NCBI RefSeq assembly: GCF_001194135.2
Contig: NC_069005.1
Coordinates: forward strand, 34,993,589 to 35,040,616
Length of the DNA: 47,028 nucleotides
Direction of reading: 5' to 3'
Source: Octopus bimaculoides
Taxonomy: Eukaryota
Shown here: one piece after another, positions 25,381-38,317 of the stretch
Layout: each line of letters opens with the position of its first letter
How positions within the stretch are numbered: the first letter of the stretch is position 1
Made by a program: the position numbers and the translations under genes
The notes under the pieces: generated by a model
Databases searched by the model: none
Seen by the model: the letters and a program-made list of their open reading frames with translations, nothing else
Told to the model about the DNA's origin: nothing

Positions 25381-25400
<20 letters not shown>

Positions 25401-25762
25401 TGTGTGTGCATGTATGTGCAGGTGTATGTGTATATGTTTGAAAGTCTTCAGTTGTGAAACTAAATCTGTGCCAAATTTGATGATGACGATGACAGAGAGA
25501 GAGAGAGAGAAAGAGAGAGACTGGATGTTGATGGACATGAAATCGTGACTTCAAATTCACCGTAATGACTCACCGGCACCCAACATTAGACCACATGTCT
25601 TTTTTTTGTCATTATCGCTACTGTTGTTGTTGTTGTTGTTGTTGTTCTTGACACAGTTTGGGATTGTGTGTGAATGTCGGTACAGCAGCACTGATAGAAT
25701 TCCCCTACTTTCAATGAATAACCACTGGAACAAAGACATTTCACTAAACTTACACACTCACA

Positions 25763-25806
<44 letters not shown>

Positions 25807-25868
25807 AATAACTAAATATACATATATATCTGTGTGTGTATGTGTATATGCATACATACGTATGTGTA

Positions 25869-25916
<48 letters not shown>

Positions 25917-26174
25917 GATATGATATAATATAATGTTATATAATACATATATACACACACATACATTCATTCGATCTGATGAATATTATTATATAATACA
26001 ATGATATATGCAAGAATTTCTTCAAGAGGTCTCGAACTCAACTCATCAGAATTACGTATAAAATTCATTTGCTGGAGACATTAGATGTATCAATAATTTA
26101 TACTCATATATTTATATATTTACGTATATACGTACATGCACAGACACGTATGTGTGTATGTGTGTAGGTATGTT

Positions 26175-26212
<38 letters not shown>

Positions 26213-26222
26213 NNNNNNNNNN

Positions 26223-26254
<32 letters not shown>

Positions 26255-26298
26255 GTATGCATGTATGTATGAGTGTATGTATGTATGTATGTATGTAT

Positions 26299-26455
26299 GA
26301 CGGGCTTCTCAATATTTTCGTCCACCAAACTCATCCACATGGTATATGTCCGCCTTGGACTACTGTAAAAGCCTCTTGCGAATATACCATGCAGTGGAAT
26401 TGAACCTGGAGGAACGTGGTTCAGAAGCGAACTTCTTGAACAACCATTTCTGCAT
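26299..26455 (-). mobile_element. Near full-length degenerate tRNA-derived SINE
   Basis: Reverse complement gives ..AAGAAGTTCGCTTCTGAACCACGTTCCTCCAGGTTCAATTCCACTGCATGG..GAAGCCCGTC, followed by a (ATAC)n tail; B-box GGTTCAATTCC. Confidence 0.75.
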
Positions 26456-26811
26456 TTTATATTTCCGCGATAATGGTGGTGAAATAATCGCTCACCGTGT
26501 ATCTATGTATAGGTGAGGGCACTGGTAAGCCTTAACGGCCTCTATATACGGGTATAGTTACACCGTAACGTAGAATGGAGAGAGAAAGAGACAGAGTGGG
26601 AAAGGGAGAGAGAGAGAGTGACGGACAGAGACAGAGAGAATTCCCGCCAAAGCGATAATCAAGAATTTGTTGCCAGACCGCTGTTCCAGTAAATGTTAAC
26701 ACGTGACTGACTCACTCTCCAGGTCACAACATTTAATTAATTGGGTCTAGATTTTATGTGAGAGGTTCATTAACTTATAATTAGGGTATGGTATTTAAGA
26801 CAAGTCGAAAT

Positions 26812-26854
<43 letters not shown>

Positions 26855-26967
26855 TTGCGGCAATAATGAAACGCTTGCATCCGCCATCTTATTTCTAGAA
26901 TTAGAAGCAGACGATGATGTAATGGAGGGTTAAATAACTTACCTACAACACTTTATCTTTCATTCCC

Positions 26968-26978
26968 AGATGGCGCTA
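26968..26978 (+). promoter_or_regulatory. CTCF-like core AGATGGCGCTA
   Basis: CCCAGATGGCGCTA; the same AGATGGCGC core also occurs at 7499-7507. Confidence 0.3.
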
Positions 26979-27625
26979 CTTCACCTCTCCCTCCACCCCC
27001 TAGTCCTCTCCCTTCTAATCTTGCTAATCTAACCTCAACTCTTCTGAACTAACTACATCTATATCGACCTTGGATGACTAAACCTTGGCTCATGGACTCC
27101 CTTGCATCTTCTGTCCGTCGTCTGTGTTATATAAACTGCAATACCAGTCATCTGTGGTAGACGTTGGTGTTTCTTCTCAAAAGGCACACGTCAACTCAAT
27201 CTCAAATAAGGAAAAAATACACAATGAACGCCAAGACACTCTTCTAAAATCTAGACAGTCATGGTTGGAAGGCTTCTCATTATAAATCAGCTGGATGAAG
27301 AGTAAACAACAACAACGGTGAAATTGTGGTTGAGGTGGCGGTCAGCGAAATTTGCAATGAGGTTTCGATACCCACTGGTTGCCGTTAGGTTGACCTGGGT
27401 CCATGAAGTTGTCTGTGAAAAGTGTTGACATCTCCAGACCCCCCCCCCCTCCTGCACAGTCTGTCGCATGAAGGACTTCCATTAACGTAGAATGGTATTT
27501 TAAATGTCACCTCACTTTGCCTCTTGAAACCACTTCAACGGAATATTTAATGGGAAATCATGTTACACTCATTAATGCTACAAGTTCGTTTATACATGCC
27601 TACATACATACGTATAGACATATAT

Positions 27626-27658
<33 letters not shown>

Positions 27659-27685
27659 CATACGTACATATGTATACATACGTAC

Positions 27686-27744
<59 letters not shown>

Positions 27745-28275
27745 TAAATACATACACATGTATATATACATATATATACATTATGTATACACACACATAC
27801 ACAAACATACACACGTATATACACGCTCATACATACATATACATAGCTATTCATACAATTCTGGCTTGTCGTTGTGAACTTCCTAATCACTCGGTCATGC
27901 TGCACCTATACACGCACGCACACACACATATACATACATACATATATATATATACACACACACATATACACATACACACACGCACACACACACACACACA
28001 TACGCACACACACACACACACGTAACAATCATACCAAACACCGCAATTGTTTCTGCAGACGGTTACCACCGATACAAATGGGTTTCACTTGATATTTTTC
28101 CCCAGCTCTGAGACTTGACCCATCAGCATTTGAGGTGAGGACAGAGACAAAGCTGAAACTAGATATCGTTTCTGCCAAATGGTTTATGGCAAAGTCAGAC
28201 AGCTTTTGACCCTCAGTAGATTACTGGTACTGTATTGCATCAATTTATAATAATAATAATAATGATGATGATAAT

Positions 28276-28480
28276 AATCCTTTTTAATAAAGGCACAAGG
28301 GCTGAAATTTAGGGAGAGAGGACTAATCGATTACATTGACCCCAATATTTCATTGGTACTTAATTTATCGACCCCCGAAAGGATGAAAGGCAAAGTCGAC
28401 TTCGGCGGAATTTGAATTCAGAACGTAAAGACGGACGAAAGCATTTCGTCCGGCATGCTAACGATTCGGCCATCTTCCCG
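28276..28480 (-). mobile_element. tRNA-derived SINE with tail abutting (TAA)n
   Basis: GGCAAAGTCGACTTCGGCGGAATTTGAATTCAGAACG and TGGTACTTAATTTATCGACCCCCGAAAGGATGAAAGG are shared with 29222 and, reverse-complemented, with 46768. Confidence 0.9.
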
Positions 28481-29221
28481 GCATTAAATATTTTGCTCTA
28501 TACAACCATGTTCTACCATGTTATTCCCTTGTGCCACTATGACCCGCAATAGGGCACCATACAAGGTGAAACAGCCAAAAACATTGGCGGTCAGGTGTAG
28601 AGCAGCGCCTATATAGACTTTGGATCAGAGTGACATTGATTTTAGTCGACGGAGCCGTGGGGGGGGGGGGGGTGAATAGAGATTGTTCATTGACCTTCAC
28701 CTGATTTCTTTTGTAACAAGCGCGCGCGCGCATATCTATTCAAAGTCACACACACTTATATAGCGTATAGACTTACATATAGAGACAAACGCAGACATAC
28801 AGACGTACATATACATACAGCCACGCATACACATACACAGACACATACGTGTATTCTAGTTATTGAGTTCGTTATTTTAATATTTTCGAACGTGTATTGT
28901 TGTCTACAAACGTTACACGCACGCACATACACGTACGCGCGCGCGTGTGCGTGTGCGTGTGCGTGTGTGTGAGTGTGTGTGATGTAAGACTGCTACGGTT
29001 ACACTTAGAGCTCCATATAGATTTTCATAATCCAGTCTGCTTTTTGTAGAGTTGTTTAGTAACTTCTATACCGAGTAATATTCCTCGTTATGACCTACAG
29101 AGCCAAAGTAGGGAGAATAAGAGTGTTCCTTGGTAATTTTTTATTTTTGAGCATCTAAACGCATTTGAAACATCCTATCTGTCTATCTATCTATCTATCT
29201 ATCTATCTATCCATCCATCTA

Positions 29222-29410
29222 TTTCTTTATTGCGCACAGGTGGCTGAACATAGAGGGGACAAACAAGGATAGACAAAGGGATTAAGTCGATTACATCGAT
29301 CCCAGTGCGTAACTGGTACTTATTTAATCGACCCCGAAAGGATAAAAGTCAAAGTCGACCTCGGCAGAATTTGAACTCAGAACGTAGTGGCAGGCGAAAT
29401 ACCGCTAAGC
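29222..29410 (-). mobile_element. tRNA-derived SINE, same body as 28276 but a different 3' tail; 5'-truncated
   Basis: GTCGATTACATCGATCCCAGTGCGTAACTGGTACTTATTTAATCGACCCCGAAAGGAT..GTCGACCTCGGCAGAATTTGAACTCAGAACG. The tail TTTCTTTATTGCGCACAGG..GGGGACAAACAAGG abuts (TCTA)n. Confidence 0.9.
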
Positions 29411-30139
29411 GATATAAATTAGTCTAAAGTTTTGCCTATCTCAAATTTTATTTTAGAAAGATTCTTCAAACAGAGGAAGTGACAGGAACCAGTTTAACCA
29501 TTTCCCACTCTGAAATACAACACCCTCCCCTCCCCCAGCTCACACTACCCTCAACAGTGTTGTAGTTCTCTGCCATTGGGCGTNNNNNNNNNNNNNNNNN
29601 NNNNNNNNNNNNNNNNNNNNNNNNNNNNNNNNNNNNNNNNNNNNNNNNNNNNNNNNNNNNNNNNNNNNNNNNNNNNNNNNNNNNNNNNNNNNNNNNNNNN
29701 NNNNNNNNNNNNNNNNNNNNNNNNNNNNNNNNNNNNNNNNNNNNNNNNNNNNNNNNNNNNNNNNNNNNNNNNNNNNNNNNNNNNNNNNNNNNNNNNNNNN
29801 NNNNNNNNNNNNNNNNNNNNNNNNNNNNNNNNNNNNNNNNNNNNNNNNNNNNNNNNNNNNNNNNNNNNNNNNNNNNNNNNNNNNNNNNNNNNNNNNNNNN
29901 NNNNNNNNNNNNNNNNNNNNNNNNNNNNNNNNNNNNNNNNNNNNNNNNNNNNNNNNNNNNNNNNNNNNNNNNNNNNNNNNNTTTTTTTTTTTTTTTTTTC
30001 AAATTCTTTAGAAACTTAAACTTCATTTACGGGACCCATTCCGAAACCTTAAACTCCCCTCTCCCTCTTTACTACACACCAATGGACCTTAATTGAAGAG
30101 GAGTCAAATAATTTCTATTTATTTTTCCGAAGTCAATTA

Positions 30140-30205
30140 GGAACCAGTTGCAACGGAGCCTCAAAGGGGCCGCTCGAACTGCAAGAAATGGCAACCAAAT
30201 CAAAC
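30140..30205 (+). mobile_element. SINE 3' fragment
   Basis: CTCGAACTGCAAGAAATGGCAACCAAATC is similar to the motif at 43640-43670 and 17200. Confidence 0.45.
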
Positions 30206-30835
30206 CTCCGCCGCTATATGGGAAGGACACAACAGCTAATGTAGCACCAGATTCTCATTCCCTAAGGGTCATTTAAGAAGACATGGATAACAATAACAAT
30301 AATATAATTAGAAATAAATTATATTATTGATGAGAACAAAATCGACACCACCACCACCACAAACAACAACAACATCATAGAAATACCTGACACCTGATAT
30401 CAAAACTGACTGGAAACCTTACTGTGTGTAGAATTAATTAATTAGGATGACGGTTAATTAGAAGAAAAGGAGTAATTAAAAGAGATATCGACTGTGACAC
30501 GTGACCTAGTTTAACGCGTGCCCTGCTTCGTCCTCGAATTCTTTTAGTGGAGTTTATTTGGTAACACAACATCCAACTGGGACCTTGGGTCTCTCCCCAC
30601 CCTCAGTGACTTACAAAGGACATTGCCCTGTCAGTTGTCAGCACAGACATCAGCTGCAGTGGGGATAGGGAGGGGAAACACCCCTACTCACCCGTCATGG
30701 GATCTGCCCCTCCTCTAAAACTAGGTTTTAAAGAATGTAAACATATTTACAAGTAGATGCTGTTTACACATCACTAAACAGAAATAGAATCTAAGAGAGA
30801 TTATGTGTGTGTGTAATATATATATACTGACACGC

Positions 30836-30936
<101 letters not shown>

Positions 30937-32744
30937 CGTAGAAATATCTGTGTATATACACAAACACACACATACACTCATGAGTGAGTATAGTATAACG
31001 AAATTGAATGCATAAAATTTGTGTTTATCAGTTATACAATAAATTCTATATAAGTATATATATATATATATATACACATGCATATATGCGTACAGAACGT
31101 CACCAACGGTGCAAATAACATACACATGCGAGATAGATACAAGACGTGGACAGTAATTACAGGACAAAAACGAGTGAAATACGTAAACAACGAGGAAAAA
31201 TGGAAAACAAGACAAGTTAACTGAGAAAAAGGACCCTTCATCAGTTGCCGGCGATCTATCTACTTCTCATTTCGAGCATTCAATGACTATATGAGGACCT
31301 TGTTCAAGGACGCAACACGCCACCCTGTCCAAAAATCAAACTCACAACTCGTGAGAAGTCGCCACGTCAAAGACCAGCTTACGCTCTTTATATATGGCAA
31401 CCTACGCGCGTGTGTGTGTGTTAGTGTCTATATTTGTGTATGCACATATATGCATATATACCGACACGCACATACATACGCAAATATGCATATACACATG
31501 CAGGCGTGCGCGCACAGACAGATTTGAACTAAACATCAGATACTTTGCTCCAAGCAAAAGTTGCCATATACATACATATATACATACACATAAACATATA
31601 TGATACACACACATATATTTGTGTGCGTGTATATATATATATATATATATATACATATATACATATATATATATATATATGCCAGCATGCATGTGCATGT
31701 AAGGACGTGAGCATGTATGTGTGTATGTGTGTGAATTTATTTTCTCGTTATTTTCCTATTATATAACAATTTATGTATGCATGTTTACATACATGGCATA
31801 TGTATGTATATGTGTATATGTGTATATGCGAATATGTGTATATGTGTGTATGTGTGAGTGTGTATATAGGTGTGTACGAGTTTGTATATGTGTTTATACG
31901 TAAATGTGTATGTATGTGTGTGTATGTAAGATGCATGAAAGATTTTTCTATGGGATAAGGCACGGAGTAAATATCTGGGTGGTATACGGTGGCGGCGGAG
32001 AGGGTGGTGGCAGTGGTAGTGATGGTGGTGGGGAGGGTGATGGTGGTGGAGCAGGTGATGGCGGTGGTGAAGAAGGGAGGATAGATGTGGCGGGTGTGTG
32101 GCAGAGGTTTCCAAGATGTCGGTCGTAGATAAATATCTTACATCATGAAAGATTGGATGAATGAGAGAGGAAGAAGAAGAAGAAGAAGAAGAAGAAAAAG
32201 AGAAGAAAAGGAAGAAAGTGGGTAAGGTGAAGTGGAGAGGAAGGAAGGAATAAAAAAAGGAAGGAAGATAGAATCTAGTCTGAAATTAGCAAAATAAATA
32301 AAAACGAAACATATATATATATATACATATATATATATGTATATATATATATATGTATGTATGCATACACACACACACACATAGAAATACACGTGTGCGA
32401 ATATATTTGTAACTGTGCTGAGAAACAAATGAAAAATGAGGGATGAAAGAGGAAAGGGTACACGATAACAGAAGGAGCTAGAAAGGGGGGTGGAGGTGTG
32501 CGTAGAGGGAGATTGTGAGGGGTGAGAGGAGAGTGGGATCCACTGTGAATAGATGGAGAAGGGAAGGGAGATGGGGGAGTAAGAAGTGTACCACGTGACG
32601 GAGTGATATGGGAAAATATTAATTCTGGACGTTGTGTGTATGTATGTGTGCATGAATGTGTGCATGTATGCATGTGTGTGCGTATGTATAAACGTATACA
32701 TGCTTTTACACTTTTATACATATATGTCTACGTAAATATATACT

Positions 32745-32809
<65 letters not shown>

Positions 32810-32990
32810 TTATATGTATGTATGCATATATATATATATATATAAATTTAAGGAATGGAGTGAACGCATGTTATAACTGCATAAGTTTAATATTTAAAGA
32901 CAGCGGAGGATGGTTAGCGGTTGGGGTGGGGTGCTCCGATGGAGTCGCATGATACAGCAAGGTTTTTCCTTTGGACTTTTTCCTTTCTCC

Positions 32991-33023
32991 TTTCCGACGA
33001 AGAGCTGTGCACGAAATATCAAA
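32991..33023 (+). ncRNA. Degenerate minimal type-I hammerhead ribozyme (Penelope-type), probably inactive
   Basis: UUU CCGACGA A GAGC UGU GCAC GAAAU AUC AAA: core elements in type-I order, stem I UUU/AAA, stem II with one mismatch, palindromic AUAU stem III. U4 is replaced by C. Confidence 0.55.
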
Positions 33024-33171
33024 CTCTCTCTTTTCACCGAGGGTCAAACGAATACAGTTCTTGTGCGCGTCGTCTTGTTGTTCGTTATTTGAATTGACTA
33101 TGTATGTGTGTATGTGTGTGTGTACGTGTGTATGTATGTATGTGTCTGCGTATTTGTATCTATCTATCTAT

Positions 33172-33232
<61 letters not shown>

Positions 33233-33952
33233 TATGTAACCATGTATGTGTGCATAAGGAAGACGAGAGAGAGAGAAGACGTACAACCAGAAATCTACAA
33301 AACAGAACTGAGACTTGTGACTAAACCATGCATACGAAGCACGTGTGTATGCGTGTGTGTGTGTGTATCTGTGATTGTGTGTATGTGTGTGTGTGTGTCT
33401 AAAACAAATACATTCACGTCTCTCGTTGTCTGTTATCTGAAGTCAATGTAAGACGAATGTTACAGGGACAGTTGGATACGACATGAGGGAAGGAACGACC
33501 ATCTGGGCATGTGGTACGCACAGCACTACATCCGAACCACCGCCCCCACCACGACCACCACCATTTAGTTAAATACAGAGTGGTGAGTAGAATTGTTGCT
33601 ATGAGATAAGGATATTTAAAGAGTGTGCTTCATGGCGGATGGTCGATACATTTGGTTGGATGAAGCGTTCAACGATGCTTCAGAGAGATAGATGTGTGTG
33701 TGTGTGTGTGTGTGCATACGTATACATACACATCTACATATATCTGCGTACAACTATAGACATACATTTGCACATATCATATTCTTATATGTATGTACAC
33801 ACACATATACATAACCCTGCAAGTATGGATATGGATATATATATATATATATATATATCCATGAATATATGTATGTGTAAGAAATTATGATAGACGCTAG
33901 TGGTCGTGCATCTGACTGCACACTCGATATACATATATATATATATATATAC

Positions 33953-34302
33953 TGTAAACCAAACTGGCAACATCCCCATCAATGTAAGCACAACAGAACT
34001 GATATAATGATTTGGGATAGAGAAGAGAAACTGTGCACAATTGTGGAAATTAGCTGCCCAGCGGATGTTAACATAAAACTGAACTATTGAGAAATCTGCA
34101 GTTACTCTATCCAGATTATATTTTCAGGTTTATACCTGTAATTATTGGGGCCCTGGAATATGTAACACACTGCCTAAATGCCAATCTTGAGAAATTAGGC
34201 TTCTCAAAACCAGAAAAGAGAAAGCTAATTCGAAGACTAAAGATCCAATCCATCACTGGAACTGTAAAAATCTGTAAAACTTTCCCGAAGTTTATCATTT
34301 AG
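33953..34302 (+). mobile_element. 3' end (RLE domain) of an R2/R4-class non-LTR retrotransposon embedded in (TA)n
   Basis: CKHNRTDIMIWDREEKLCTIVEISCPADVNIKL /deletion/ LRNLQLLYPDYIFRFIPVIIGALEYVTHCLNANLEKLGFSKPEKRKLIRRLKIQSITGTVKICKTFPKFII*, from ORF track 33887-34090 and 34087-34302; PD-(D/E)xK pattern with RPD changed to RTD. Confidence 0.85.
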
Positions 34303-34375
34303 ATATATATGAGCATGTCTAGATATGCAGCTATATGCATGAAAATACATACATAAAACAAAACATATAAATTTG

Positions 34376-34431
<56 letters not shown>

Positions 34432-34803
34432 ACGAGAGAGGGTGAGAGAGAGAAAGACATGCACATATGCACACACAGAATCATGCGCGCACACACAACA
34501 CTTACAAACACACATATATATGTATATGTTTACAGAGATGTTTATACATCCACACGGGTATATACTTTCATAGTTAAACGTTAACTGTTGCTGAATATAG
34601 TCTCTCACAGCATCAGACGATATTCTCAACTTTAACCTCCGTAAATCAAGAGCAGACGACACGCCTTGCAGTGCCGCAGTTAATTACACAAACCGTTTTA
34701 TTTATTTTTTTCTCCACTTCTCAACAAGATTTTCTTACGAGAAAATAAAAAATGGAATAACACTTTATGTCTTTTGTTAATGGATTTTTTTTCTTTTATT
34801 CAG

Positions 34804-34910
34804 CTGAAATTAAATATCCTCTTCAAATGCCTTGCTATAAACTGTTTTCCGTAAACTTCACAACTTCCGCCTCTCCATTAATAGATAACTTACGTGAAGT
34901 CAGCCATTCT
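34804..34910 (+). other. Unverified candidate internal exon (107 nt)
   Basis: Acceptor TTTTTTTTCTTTTATTCAG, donor TCT/GTGAGT, one open frame (EIKYPLQMPCYKLFSVNFTTSASPLIDNLREVSHS). No recognisable homology. Confidence 0.2.
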
Positions 34911-35528
34911 GTGAGTGATGTGTGCTCGCGTGCGTATGTGTGTGTGTGTGTATGTGTTTGAGATGTATGTGTGCTATTTATATTAATACATATATATACA
35001 TATACATATTTATTATTTAAAACATAATATAAATATACATAAATATAATCATATATACTTATATACAACACACATACATACATACATATGTACATATATT
35101 GTATGTATATATCATGTGTGCCTCTGTTTGTCGCTATATCTGACTGAACTTGTCTTTGTACACAGCAAATGTTTATTAAAATATGCGTTTCTCACACGCG
35201 CTTGCACATGCAAACCTACATTTATAAATTCATGCAAATATATACACATACATAAATATTGTATATGTGTCTGTGCGTGTGCGTATATTCATAGACGGCT
35301 ACATATCTATATGTATTTCGTCATAATATATGTCTGTGACTATGTCTGTATGTATAAAAGTAAATGCATGTGCGTGTATATGCGTGTGTATGTGCGTATG
35401 TATGTGTGTGTACATGTATAGGTGTTAATTCATCATTTTTTCATGGTCACTGAATTAAGACTGTAACGCTGCATTTATCTATACATGTGTGTGTATATAT
35501 ATATATATAAACATGCATCTATGTATAG

Positions 35529-35571
<43 letters not shown>

Positions 35572-35904
35572 GCACATAGGTACACACACACATACATGCA
35601 CACACATATAGATATACCTCCCCGCTTACACACGCACACACACACACCCACACATATATATATATATACATACACATGCGTACGCATACAGGCACACAGA
35701 CATATATGTATATACTGGCGCACGCGTGCACCACCGTGTGTCTAGACAGTATGAATGAATGAAGACTAGCATTTGTTCGAATTATACACACATTCTCGCA
35801 TATATATATATATATGTACGCATGTGTCTATACATATGTTCCTGTTGGTCTTCTACTTTGAAAATGAGAAAACATAGGAAGAGAAAGACGCGCGCGCATG
35901 TCTT

Positions 35905-35935
<31 letters not shown>

Positions 35936-36169
35936 GTGTGTGTGTGCGTGTCTCAGTCTGTATGTTTACAGTTTTATTTCCTTTCGCTTACAATTGTGTT
36001 TTGTCTGTTTGTCCCTCTCCCCCTTTTCTGCTCACATACCTTCACTTTCTTCTTTTATCAGCCATATACACTTTTCACGCCCACACACACACGCAGAGGC
36101 ACACATACACACACTCCGCATACCTCTCTATCTGTATAAACACATACATACACACACACTCGCTTTCTA

Positions 36170-36209
<40 letters not shown>

Positions 36210-36584
36210 CATATATCTACATACATTCGCGCACATATACACACATACCTACATCAACAGCAGACAGACAGATCGTTAGACACGTCATACACCTAAAAGC
36301 AAAGTGTTTCTCATTGAAGTTACTCCACAGGAAGGTTTCTAAGAAAAGATATTGTTTATTCACTGAAGAAATGTCGAATATCGTGCAACAGACAGACAGA
36401 CACACAGAGATGATGGGGTGAGGGTTACCACCATCCTCCTCCCCATCATCATCGTCGTCGCCGTCGTCGTCATCATCATCATCTTTCAACTGCCGTCACT
36501 GCCGACCATAATTCTTCTTTAACCATTATAGATTCCATGAGTTATTGTGTTTCCCTGATCGGGTGATCAGCTCCTGGCTCTTTG

Positions 36585-36690
36585 CGATACTTCGATCCTC
36601 AGGAGGAATTCGAACTCAGATCAGAAAGAATCGGAAGAGAGGCTACGCTCGACGTTCTACCAATTTCCGCCAATTCTCTGCCAGGGAACA
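36585..36690 (-). mobile_element. Highly degenerate SINE head
   Basis: CCTCAGGAGGAATTCGAACTCAGA parallels CCTCGGCGGAATTTGAACTCAGA of the 28276/29222 family. Confidence 0.5.
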
Positions 36691-37084
36691 GAAGTTCGAG
36701 TTTGATATGGTAACAAACAAATGTAATACTTATGTGAAAGATACTGTATTGCGCATGACCAGCAGTCGGTTACTACCCTTCACTCTCCTCTATTAGAAAT
36801 CACAAACCTACAACACACTTCCGGTATTCCTTACTATCAAGATTTTTTGAACAAAACACCCAAAGACACTGTTTGTCTCGCTTAGTTTCTTTCTTCACTA
36901 TCCTGAAAAAGAGCCAATGTTCAAAACATTGATAACATATTTCCTTTACACCAGACTCCAAACAGACTTTAGCTTTAACTCGATTCTATTGACTTACACT
37001 CGCTGTTGCAGACACACATCTGGATGCACGGATTTCTGGATTTCATATAATTTATGCAAGCGATCCATATATTGGGGGGGGGGG

Positions 37085-37228
37085 GATAAAGACGAAGCCA
37101 ACCGACTTCATCTATCTCTCTACTTTCTTGGTTATTTATTTATATCATTATTTTATTTTTACGGACGCGTAAAAGATGCATGACAAAGCTGACCTTCGAT
37201 AGATTTGAACTTGCAACAAAGAGCTCTC
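37085..37228 (-). mobile_element. Highly degenerate SINE fragment
   Basis: AAAGATGCATGACAAAGCTGACCTTCGATAGATTTGAACTTGCAAC parallels GGATGAAAGGCAAAGTCGACCTCGGCGGAATTTGAACTCAGAAC. Confidence 0.5.
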
Positions 37229-37266
37229 TAAATTTATACAGCAGTGTTCTATCTATCTATCTCTTT

Positions 37267-37317
<51 letters not shown>

Positions 37318-37352
37318 GAAAGAGAGAGAAAGAGAGCTGTATAAGTGTATAC

Positions 37353-37389
<37 letters not shown>

Positions 37390-38218
37390 ATATCATATAA
37401 TCTTTATCATTGCTACTACTACCCCCACCCCCAAGAAGGTTCCAATCTCCTGAAGCAGCTGCTATATACAACACCACCGCCACCGCCACCACAAACCCCC
37501 ACCACACCGCCACCCCCATCGCCACCACCTTCCATTGTGAGAACAATTTACGACTGCACTGTGGCGACATCTAGCCATGTAACAGAGACCCCCCAACATA
37601 TAACAAGATGGTGTTTGGTGGTGGTGATAGCGACGGCGGTGGCGGCGGTGGTGGAGTATGGTGGAGGGAGTAGTGAGACGCATGCATTGATGTGGGGGTG
37701 GGACGGTGAGGCTGGTGTAAGTGTGAATATTCCGTGACTGTCCTTCATAACTTCAGTCAATTCATATCTCAGATGTAAAGCAACGAGAAACCAACAACAA
37801 CAACAACAACTGCAAAAGTATCAATAACAACGCTAATCTCAACTCCTGCATCACTATTATCACTAACAGCAACAACAACAACAACAGCAACATACCCAAC
37901 ATCAACAAAAAACAACGACAGCTAATAAACTAATTAGATGACATCAATAAAAGAGAAAAATTACAATTAAATTATATCACTACATATTTATCACCACCAC
38001 CACCACAACCACCATCATCACCATGAACATCATGCCCTTTCCCTACCACCACCACCACCACCACCATCCTCCATCCCCTCCGCCAATCGTAAGACCGTTA
38101 TGTCCAGTAACCCGACCCTTCTTCAAAACACTAAACTATCCATCTTCATTGCATATCCCTTGGTATTTGTACAAAGCAAATTCTTTGTACTTTAGTACTC
38201 TTCCTGTACTCTCCACAG

Positions 38219-38317
38219 GTAGAAGTACTCAATCAATTTATTATGAGTTATTTCAATGGATTTCAGGGCACCAGTTTCTCTGTCCTAATCACAATAATCT
38301 ATTATGGACACAAACAG
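38219..38317 (+). other. Unverified candidate symmetric exon (99 nt)
   Basis: Acceptor CTTCCTGTACTCTCCACAG/G, donor CAG/GTGTGA, length a multiple of 3, two of three frames open. No recognisable homology. Confidence 0.25.

Noticed and set aside
30692-30773. Minus-strand segment with a good acceptor and CGG/GTGAGT donor
   Set aside because: All frames are closed and such signal pairs are expected by chance; no other support.
31130-31330. Possible Penelope pseudo-LTR with minus-strand CUGAUGAAGG
   Set aside because: No GAAA-closed stem II downstream, and I could not confirm the family without a search.
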